A DNA stretch of 59,736 nt, filler included, from Basidiobolus ranarum (taxonomy: Eukaryota), in the NCBI GenBank assembly GCA_040143965.1. It is 6 parts of 6 records of this genome, joined end to end, with 100 filler letters (N's around TTAATTAATTAA, not from the genome) between each part and the next. Parts side by side here need not be neighbours in the genome. Positions count along the whole stretch, not along the records: positions 49,885 to 59,736 come from JASJQH010007648.1; 5 more parts are not named here. The stretch is one strand, 5' to 3'. Below, piece after piece: positions 49,885-59,736 of the stretch; within the stretch, counting starts at the first letter, position 1; every line of letters begins with the position of its first letter. The position numbers and the translations under genes are program-made. Below the pieces are notes generated by a model. That model saw only the letters and a program-made list of their open reading frames with translations. It had not been told where the DNA came from and searched no databases.

Positions 49885-50377
49885 ATTACACAAACTCCTG
49901 AATATCTCAAACAATTGATTTACTTTTCTACTATATAAGTCACCATATACTCTTAAGAATAAACTAACTAAAACACACTATCATAAGTTGCTTCTGATAC
50001 TCAAAGCCTACCCTTCTTGTGTCAAGATCCTCCAACACATTGCCTAAGAATCTATATAGTCATATATAGCTTAGTACTTAGTTATCTTATAGTTCACTAA
50101 GATATTGTCCATTATTCTCAATTGGAATATACTTAGAATATTTTTACCAACTTAGAAGTTCTCTGATATATATATTTTTTTTAAACTTGTGCTAGAAGCC
50201 ATAAAACTGTACACACATTTTCCTGGGACCTTCCTTAACACATTCTACATGTTAGTTTGTTTACATCCTGACAAAACCATAAATGTGATCCTTCTACTCA
50301 ATAGATCAATAAGTGAAAACCACCAATTTCTCTGATTCTCCAAACCACTTCCAACAGGCTATCAAAGTGCTTGAACA
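49885..50377 (+). mobile_element. Nested LTRs: end of a family B LTR (49885-50037) inserted into a family A LTR (50038-50377)
   Basis: ...gatcctccaaca is followed directly by cattgcctaa..., which corresponds to about position 12 of the family A LTR at 6213. Confidence 0.7.
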
Positions 50378-51148
50378 TAACCAACATAGCCTGAGCATAT
50401 ATATAGTTGTATCTCTCTAGTTTTCCAAATCACCTCCAACAAATTCCATATCGAATCTGTTGCTATTAGCAATTTTCAATTCCAAGACTTAGCACATTGA
50501 TTTTGTATTGTTATTCTCTTTGACCCAGCCATAATATATTTAAAATGGTTTTACTGCTGTTGGGATAACTACATACATGCAATAAACCACCTCTTTCTTG
50601 GTGATGAATAGAGCACTTTCTAAGAACTGTGGACGAGATAGAAAGGAATCCCCTTTTATGACACTTGTCAGAATAGATATTTTCACTTAAACTTGCGGTA
50701 TTAAACTGCATTAATTAATACTTTGATGGTTTTTATTTATCTATTTGCCAATTATTTACACATAGGATCAGATAATAACCAATACTTAGCTTGTGTTATG
50801 GTTATGTGCATAAAGCTTGTAAGGGTTAGGGTTCGATTGTCAGATCACGATTTGCAACTTAACAATCCAACAATTGAATCGTCTTTAGCAATGCTGAGTT
50901 GCGTATGTGCAAAATTTCAATTGCGCTTGACCAATAGTGATGGAAGGTTATTCGTACTGCCGAATGTTACACCGATTGGATTGTATCTGTCACGAAGCGG
51001 CACAATTTACGGTATGTCACTAGCGGGCACAACTTATGGTACATATTATTCTTTATTTAGTGAGATGGAACATACTAAGTCAAGGTTATAAACAAAGATG
51101 ATGAAGATCCCACCTCACACAATGTGAAAGTCTATTGAGTGAGAAGAT

Positions 51149-52429
51149 TTACAAAGGAATGTGAATCATAGCATCACGGCTGGCACCCACACCAATCCAT
51201 TCAACCTTGGTTCCAAGGAAGTTCTCAATGTATTGAACATACTTTTGAGCATTGACTGGGAGCTCCTCGAACTTGCGGCATTTGGAAATATCCGATTGCC
51301 AGCCAGGTAAGGTTTCGTATTGAACCTCAACTTTGCCCAAGGTTCCCAAGTCAGCTGGGAACGAATCCATTACTTCACCATTAAGCTTATAAGCGGTAGC
51401 TACCTTGATCTCAGGGAAAGTATCAAGAACATCAAGCTTGGTGATGTTGATGCTTGAGTATCCGTTGATCATATGGGAGTACTTGAGAACGACAAGATCT
51501 AACCAACCACAACGTCTCTTTCTACCGGTAGTAACACCGACTTCGGCACCGATGGATTGAAGGCGTTCACCATCCTCATCGTGAAGCTCGGTAGGGAATG
51601 GACCACCGCCAACACGGGTAGTATAGGCCTTAACAACACCAATAACTTTACCGATGCTTCTGGGAGGGATACCTAATCCAGTGCAGACGCCAGCAACACC
51701 AGTGTTGGAAGAAGTAACATAAGGATAGGTACCGAAATCGATGTCAAGCATAATAGCGTTAGCACCTTCCACCAAAACGTTCTTGTTTTCACTGAGAGCT
51801 TTGTGGATATATGAAACACCATCAACAACGAAAGGCTTAATTCTTTGAGCCAATTGTCTGTATCTTACGAGCTCAGCCTCAACATCATATTCGAAGTGAC
51901 CATAACGCTTACGCTTCTTCTCAACAAGAGAGCGGAATTTGGAGTTGAATACCTCTTCATCGAAAAGATGATGGATACGGATACCATCACGGTTGGCTTT
52001 GGAAGCGTAAGCTGGTCCGATACCCTTCTTGGTAGTTCCAATACTACCTCTGCCGAGTTCGTCTTCCTTAAGGCCATCAACGATTTGATGAAGGTCCAAA
52101 ACAAGATGGGCACGGTCGGATACGAAGATACGATCTTCACAGTCAAGTCCCTTGTTGATGATAGTCTCTAATTCTTGGAAGAAAGCAGGCAAGTGAACAA
52201 CAACACCATTTCCGAGAAGGTTATGGCAGTCAGGGTTTACCAAACCAGATGGGAGCATATGGAAGTCATACTTGATTCCATTGGCAACAATGGTATGTCC
52301 GGCATTGTTTCCACCTTGACAACGGGCGCAAAGGTCAATATCAGCGCCTAGAAGGTCAACAAGTTTACCTTTGCCTTCATCACCCCATTGGGCACCTAGT
52401 ACGACGGTAACCTTGTTATCAACGGTCAT
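51149..52429 (-). CDS. ADE12: Adenylosuccinate synthetase
   Basis: 426 aa with motifs [66 protein letters not shown] and TKLDVLD. Codon usage is strongly biased. Confidence 0.98.
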   Translation of the reverse strand: MTVDNKVTVVLGAQWGDEGKGKLVDLLGADIDLCARCQGGNNAGHTIVANGIKYDFHMLPSGLVNPDCHNLLGNGVVVHLPAFFQELETIINKGLDCEDRIFVSDRAHLVLDLHQIVDGLKEDELGRGSIGTTKKGIGPAYASKANRDGIRIHHLFDEEVFNSKFRSLVEKKRKRYGHFEYDVEAELVRYRQLAQRIKPFVVDGVSYIHKALSENKNVLVEGANAIMLDIDFGTYPYVTSSNTGVAGVCTGLGIPPRSIGKVIGVVKAYTTRVGGGPFPTELHDEDGERLQSIGAEVGVTTGRKRRCGWLDLVVLKYSHMINGYSSINITKLDVLDTFPEIKVATAYKLNGEVMDSFPADLGTLGKVEVQYETLPGWQSDISKCRKFEELPVNAQKYVQYIENFLGTKVEWIGVGASRDAMIHIPL

Positions 52430-54926
52430 CTATAGAGATAACTAAAGAGTGTGGAAGTGTAAGGAAATTTGAGCGGAGTCACAAATCTTTTTCCACCTGA
52501 ACGCAAGAGGGTATTTGTATGGCTAAAAAAAAAAAGGGTTGACCTCGAATTAACCCCAGCAACTAGAAAAGCAGTCTCGAGAGACGAATGAGCTAGTCAA
52601 TAACAACGGAGAAAAGAACATTCGGGATGGAGGGCTTTCACGACTGGACAATAATCTAGCTTGCTGATTTGTTGTCCAGCAATTTTTTTTCAGTATCGGA
52701 TCTTACTATATGAGTCATTCTAAGTGGTGGATTTTTTGCACTTGATTCAACCATCATCCTGAGCGTGATAATTTTGTATCACGTAAAAGGCCAATAATGT
52801 CTAGATCTGGATATTACCCTGGAGATACGTCCTCCCATTAAGCAGGATTCTCTGATATGATTCCTACTAATATCTAGATCTTCCGGTGGTCGTAGGAATA
52901 ACCAATGCAGATGAATAGCTCTCGGAATAACTCGGAGGATGACGGTAACCGAATTTGATGGCCAAGGATAAACCTAATGTTATGCAATACCTAACCTAAG
53001 TGTATCTGAATTTGAATTAGACCGGGCAATGTTGGAAAGGCAGAAGAGGGAATGTGTAGGATTGGAAGTATATATGGACAGTCGCTGGAGTGCTGGTTGG
53101 GAAGTTTGAAGCTAAGATTCATAACTGTTGAAATGAGTAATTTACAATCAATCCATTTGTACTTCTGTAACATCATGACTCTGTGGCTTAGATTACTTCA
53201 GTCGCCTTCAATATCATTTTTTAAAGAGTCACTCCAAGTCCTACCTGTTGAAGCACTCCTATGTTGGTGAAGTATCAATTTACACCCACACCCCTTGACA
53301 ACTCGAACTTGGGCCATCAAATAGCCTAATCCTTGGCTTATAGATGCATGAAAAAGCACTAATTAAGTAAGGAAATATGTGTGAAAGGATTGCTGCAAAA
53401 GTGGGGGAATAGTGGCACACTTTTAATTTTCAATTTTCTCATTAATCTATATTTATACTTGCAGAGTAGCAAGACTTTAGGAGATTTATATGTGTGCCTG
53501 CCAAAGTCCAGAGATTGGGTAAAAGTAGGAATGTCTTCCTGACACATGAAGCAGAGCATTTCCGTCTTGCAGAATCAACTTAATATGTTGCTGAACATAA
53601 ATAAATGTGGGATTTGATGGTAATGTCTTAGTGATCTTCAAGACACAATCGTCATTTTAAATGATTGTTGCGATTCAATGAAATGCCACAGATGTTTTCA
53701 AATGGTCAAGTAATGCAAAACAAGGTAAAATGATGGAGGAATGTGGTGGTCTGATTCATGCTCTGACAGACACCAATTTATCCACCATGTGGCTCCAGGT
53801 TTAGACTCCCATGGCTTATACGTCTCGACACAATCTTTAAAGTTCAAGGAAAGTCAAGCATCTGCTGGATTACTCTATATCCCCCTCAATCACACTGATT
53901 TGATTGCCGAGCTTGCTATTTGAGCTTTGTTTCAACATCAATCACACCATACTAGAGATAATGTAATCAATAATGACGCTGCTGTCTGTATAATTGGATA
54001 CAGATAAAGTAAAGATTAGGCTCATTGGCTTGAGGTTTCTTTCGCAACGAATATTATTCCCAAGTCGCATTTATCTGAAACTAGCTGGATGAGATTTGTG
54101 GGGTATACGACCAAGGATAACTCACAGAGTGAACATGTGTAGTTGAGCAGGGGCATAAGTATCTACACCATACAATTAAAGCCATACACTGCAACACATA
54201 GATTTCAAGTGTTCAAAGAAAGAACCTTAAATTTGGTATATGAAAGAGATATACAGAATGGAAGTCACGAATTATCAAGTACAAAACAGAAGGCATGAAC
54301 AGCTACTTGATGACAAAAACAACGAGAACGGGAGCAAGAGCAGGATACTGGTTTCCATCTGATTCGGACTCGTACATTAAGCATGAATCAAAATAATGCT
54401 GAATCAATTATAATGGCAGCTTAGTGGATCAAATATAGTAGTGGTCTGGTGGATCCTTGATTGATTCTAGCCGTACACCGGTAGGCACTAGCTAGCAATT
54501 TGAGCCACATATATTCCTAATAGATTAAGATGGGGATACAGAACTGTGCTTTGGTTTCGCCTTTGTCTTGCTTTATTGGAGCTTCATTAGGATCTAACGA
54601 CGGGTTTTATGAAATCTTCTCGATATTATTTCAGGCTGAAAATACGCGAAATGATTGGAATTCTGATTTCCTCCTTATTTCGACCAATCCCACGTCTTGA
54701 TTATCCTCCAATGATTCATTTGGAGCATCCCTTTGAGTGACTGGCTTTGATGGCATTATATAAACTCCATGGTCACCACATCATATCCGTATCTCGGTTC
54801 CGTTTTGAACTCAAGAGCTTATCATCCACAGTAGCCATCTCAGCATTATTCCTCTATTCGTAACTTAAAAGTGGCTTTTTCTGCTCTGCTTTAGTCTTAT
54901 ATTGTACATCGAACTCCCTCTATAGT

Positions 54927-56369
54927 ATGCTCTCTATTGGACAATTAGAAAGAATGAGCATTGACTCTTCCTTCTTTTTGAACCTTAATACTGATGATGG
55001 GTTGCTGTTAGACGAGCAGTTGCTACTTTCATCTGATGAATATTTCCATTCGACCAAGCTTGAGCCATCAACCAAGCCTATAGGTGTGTCGGAATTATCA
55101 TTCAAAGGATCAAATGATATGCTGGACTTCAACTTCATACTTTCATCGGATGGGTCTTGCAATGTTGACTCTCTTTCAATGCCTGAAGGCAACGGTTACC
55201 AAATTCCACATCTTGCACAAGGTATAGCATCAGCATCGTTGTGTATCTAGCTGTAAACATATTGGCTGATCTATTCATTATTGTTAGGTAATCCCGAACA
55301 GTCTTCTAGGAACAACAGCTTCCCTGATGGAAGTTTAAATTCAATGCTTCTGATGTCCTATTCGGATTCGTCTTTAGAAACCCCTAAAAATCATTTATCC
55401 CTTCATTCAGAAGATTCTCAGTTTCCACCCTTTGCCTTCCCCAACTCAAACACAATCACCACTTCTTCTCCACTCTCCACACCAACCTCGTATCTCATCA
55501 CTCCTATCTATGAAGACCCTCTTGCCATTGATCCTACCTCCATCTGCAGACCCTGTGACGTCTTGGAGTATAATGATTCGTTTACCAGGTCACTCAGTCC
55601 TGCTGCTCACCCGGAGAAATCGGAAGCATCCAAGCCTACTAAAAGATCAAATTCTGAGCCGACAAATGAATTTTCACCAGACAAGAAGCAGAAGAGTGAT
55701 GTCAAAGAAAATGAACGACTTATCTCTGAATTTGACGTTGAAAATCCATCGATGTTCGAAGATTTGTTCAGAGATATAGAGGCGGTAGAAATCAATTGTC
55801 GTCAAATGTCGGAAATCGTCGATCCAAGTGAGATAACTGGTCTGATCAATGAGTTTTTAGACACGGAGAGTAGTGAGGGCACACCGGATAAAGAGGATGT
55901 AGACTCTGACTATACTCCATTGAGTAGTCGGCGCTCGAGTATATCCTCATTCGGCGCAGATGATTCGCATTTAATAAAGGACAAAGCCATCAGATGTTCT
56001 GCGGAAGCATCCAAAAAAAGTCCAAGATCCTCTGTTCGCAAGAATTCGAGAAAGAAGAGTGTCTCTGAAAACGTTGATATTCAAGAGTTGGATGAAACAG
56101 CTGCAATTTACCCCTGTGATTTCCCTTCTTGCGGAAAAGCATTTACTCGACTGTATAATCTCAAATCTCACTATCGTACTCATACCGACGACCGACCTTT
56201 TGCCTGCGACAAATGCGATCAAACATTTAGTCGCAATCATGATCTCAAGCGTCATTATAAGATTCACTCCGGTGTTAAGCCATTCAATTGCGAGCATTGT
56301 GGCAAAAAGTTCTCCAGAATGGATGCGCTGGGCCGGCACCGCGCAAAGAGACCTCAGTGCCGTGAATAG
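54927..56369 (+). CDS. Crz1-like C2H2 zinc-finger transcription factor (about 458 aa; intron 55222-55287)
   Basis: A phase-1 GT-AG intron joins the two ORFs in frame. A Ser-rich acidic region precedes fingers [50 protein letters not shown] and CEHCGKKFSRMDALGRH...C. Confidence 0.88.
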
Positions 56370-59059
56370 AAAATAGTACCTTGCCCTCTTTTGTTTCATG
56401 TTTTGTTGAGTCGCACGTTCAATACATTGTATTCCATCCACTTCCTGCACTATCATCACTTACATATTGTTTATTTTCCATCAATTTCCGACCTTTTATG
56501 TGTTATATTTGCAAAATTCCTCAAAAACGTTTCCAACTCCGTCAACTTCCACATTATACCTCCCAAAAAATCCTTCCGTCCCCTTTCCTCATCCTGAAAT
56601 CACGACATCACGTTCGAATTAAATGAAAGCAACGCTTGCACCTAACAGCTGATAGGTTTTTGATTCTAAAAAGAAACGCATAAATTAGCCCTAACGAATG
56701 GATTATTGTTCTTTCCGTATCTCTTGATAGGTTTCGTGCTTTGTTTTTTTCGACCCCTCCCCTCCTCACTCCTCAAATGGTGGACTCACTAAAAGTATAC
56801 ATATTGATTTACCTTCGCATGCTAGATCGGTGATATAGCTCAGTAAATATTTAGAAGATGATTCTCGAACATTTACACATCGTCTACGCCAAGACACAAA
56901 TAAAACAGCTGGAAGCTGGAGATTGGTTAGATTCAATGCTATATCTTGATAACATGCAATTAAAAGAGAATGGTTTTCCTCTCTACGGATGCCCTGAAGC
57001 TAGACCGGAGATGATCGACATTTCTTGTGGATATGTTAGACTTGTGTCCCAAAGCTCGACGTTACCATCACATGTCACTCATTCATTCTAGCTACCTTAA
57101 CCCCTTTTTTTTGGCTACACAAAAATGATGGCACTTTGTTTAAATGAATGATATGCATATATTCTCCACTGATCAATTGCGTTCTTAGCAGCATGTGGAG
57201 TTTCATTGGATTCACTCACTATATCCGCATCCATCGTTCACACATTCCTAAGCGGGTTTTAAAATCAGGGGTGACTTTGATTGTACCAGTTTAACATCAT
57301 GTAATCTATACTGGAATAAGAGATGAACAAAGAGAAATGTCCGCTTGCATGTAACATAGACTATACGATACGGTAGGGAATAGAGTACATGGGAATGGGA
57401 ATTCCCTCGCAATATTGGATACAAGAAACGATTGCATGGATCCATTGTTAGGTCAGCGTGTTGAAGTGATACACTCATCTGGACTGAGACGCATCTGTTG
57501 GGGCTATGTTTCGCTTGTGTGTCCTCTTATACGTCTCATATGGTAATGATGTTGTATCGAATAGGATTGCTAATGCTATTGTATCGAATGAGTAATCTCT
57601 CGCTTGAAACATACGCACATTCTTATTACTAGATGTTCACTGACGTGTCCAACTTCACTCAACAACTAGGAAGATCAACACCAAAGAATCTAATATATAT
57701 TAGCAATAGCCACTTGCTCACCCACTCTATCCACACTACCTGCTCTACCTGCTTTTAATGGAATGCTCAACCGCTTTCTCATGGACCCGCCCACGTCATG
57801 AAGTTAATGTATCAAATCCGGAAATGTACTAATGGAATATCAATTCATTTTTGTTCCGAGATCTGGGGCCATTTAGGCATTTAGCCATTGATGCATTGGA
57901 AGGTATTCTACTTCGTCTTACAATTATCATGAAGTGCTTATGCAGTGTCAGGCTAACCCCCAACTGTAACCGCCGCCCTCGTCCGAACCCTAACCTTTAT
58001 CGACCCTCTGCAAAACACTCAATCTGTCACTCTTCCTTTCATCAGTAGGACGAGAAAAAAAATGATGATTAGGGTTACTACGTGATGATCTTAATATGAT
58101 GAGTGAGCATGATAGAGACTTTTTAAGTTAGAATGTAAGTAAATTTTTAGAATTATCGATAATCCAATGAAGTCTTTAACCAGATATATACTCATCAAAC
58201 TAGTTATCAACTTTAATACCGGTAATTTAAATTATGATACATCTTTTATTGTGTGTGGCTTTCTTCATTGGAAATATTTTAAACTATCGGTGAATTAAAC
58301 TGGTTTCATGATATAGATGCATCAAAATTCCCTCACTAAACTCACTCAAACATGATTTAGTTGGTTATTGTCGTCCATTGGTATATATGCTACTGAAACA
58401 ATTGAGTTAACTCATATATTGTAAAGCTTGAAAAATAATCACTGAACTAAATATCGTTTGCAGGTAATTTAGGATAACAGAGACAGGTAGTGGTGTTATA
58501 TATATCTTATGTAAGTAATAACCTTCAATACAAACTCTATGTATATTAAATAGACTCAAATGAAAATGTTACCACCTTACTCTTGAATATCCTAGCATTA
58601 TTTCATAATATGGATAAATATTTTAATGAAGGCAATTGGAGCTTGTAGAGTAATTTTAGAGACATCAGACTTTATTTTATATTAAGTCATATAATAGTAA
58701 GTTCATACCTCTATAGATCTCTGTCCCATTGGGAAATTGGTGAATGTTGCTAGATGTTTTAGGATTTTAGATGGAAATATTGTCAGTGATAGTGATTATT
58801 GTTGATTGGCTATTTGTTTCCTATATATACTGCTGAAGGTAACAAGCAAACAAGCAATGCTAGTATGTTTGGAGTAAGTACAAGCCTAATGAGTCATTCT
58901 TAGATAGAATTGGAAAGGTATCATACATACCTTGGTAAGGAAAGGGTCAAATATGAAGGTTGCAGGAACAAGTGTACCAAGCTTGGAGACTTCTGGGCAG
59001 GTTTGAGAAAATCATATTATTAAATAACTTCCAAGCTGATAAAAGTATTGCACAGAAAT

Positions 59060-59550
59060 TGATAAAGTGTTTGGGAGCCTGTTGGAAGTGGTTTGGAGAA
59101 TTTGAAAAATTGTGGTTTTCACTCACTGATTTATTGAGTTGAAAGTAAACATTTATAGTTTTGTCAATATGTAAGCAAACTAACATGTAGAATGTGTTGA
59201 GCAAGGTCTGAGACTTCTTTGAAAAATCATATATCTGTGAGCTTCTCAGTTGGTAAAACTATTCTAAAATATCCCAATTGAAATTGATGGGGAATAGTGA
59301 AATTTACTGAAAATATTAACATTAACTTGGAAGTGCACAGATATGTAGATTTTTCAAGATTGTGCTAGAAGCCTCAAACTTTGCACAAATCTTCCTAAAC
59401 CCTTTCTCAAGATAGGCCACATCTTGACTTACTTACATCCTGACAAAACTATGAATATCAACTTTCAACTCAATCAATCAATATGCAAAAATTGTAAATT
59501 TCTCTACTTCTCCAAACCATTTACATGAGGTGCCCAAGTCATTTAAATGG
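59060..59550. repeat. Two oppositely oriented partial copies of LTR family A
   Basis: 59060-59290 is reverse-complement-similar and 59340-59550 is direct-similar to 6213-6517 and 50038-50377. Confidence 0.7.
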
Positions 59551-59736
59551 TACTTTGCCTATGACTGATATTTTGACTCAAAATACAAATATAAAATTCA
59601 ACATTATGTTCAAGCTTGACCACAGATGGTTTTTGAAGTTGCTTGCTCTGCTGCATAGCCTGAGCACCTATATAACCATGAGTAATCTAACATCTAGTTA
59701 TTCAATATGTTGCAATGATATCACCCACTACTCTCA

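Noticed and set aside
52960-53930. Short ORFs upstream of ADE12, and similar ones at 56858-57480
   Set aside because: They are short, overlap on both strands and have no family motifs.

Overview
This is eukaryotic, AT-rich DNA with short GT-AG introns, TACTAAC branch sites and fungal-type genes. It is most consistent with an early-diverging fungus; the NRPS richness and bacterial-type genes suggest Basidiobolus, but that is inference only. The window is not one locus. It is six unlinked contigs (9884, 9881, 9878, 9875, 9866 and 9852 bp, sorted by length) joined by 100-nt N-TTAATTAATTAA-N spacers, so synteny across the gaps is meaningless. Contig 1 holds an NRPS A-domain relic, a Ugo1-like mitochondrial carrier, an orphan ORF, solo LTRs, a NiCoT nickel-transporter pseudogene and a Tc1 relic. 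Contig 2 is mostly decayed DNA plus an intronless barstar-family gene. Contig 3 is a CpG-depleted transposon graveyard with Crypton-like and CACTA-like relics, and a TSD-flanked solo-LTR-like element that carries a tRNA-like sequence. Contig 4 has the 5' part of an intron-containing NRPS (partial C-A-T-E-C-A...) and a bacterial-type membrane metal-dependent hydrolase. Contig 5 has an intronless, bacterial-type NRPS (formyltransferase-partial C-A-T-dual E/C-A-T-TE) broken by one in-frame TAG at a conserved Trp. Contig 6 has adenylosuccinate synthetase and a Crz1-like zinc-finger factor. The best candidates for something new are the formylating and epimerising dipeptide NRPS, the tRNA-carrying LTR and the orphan fungal barstar.
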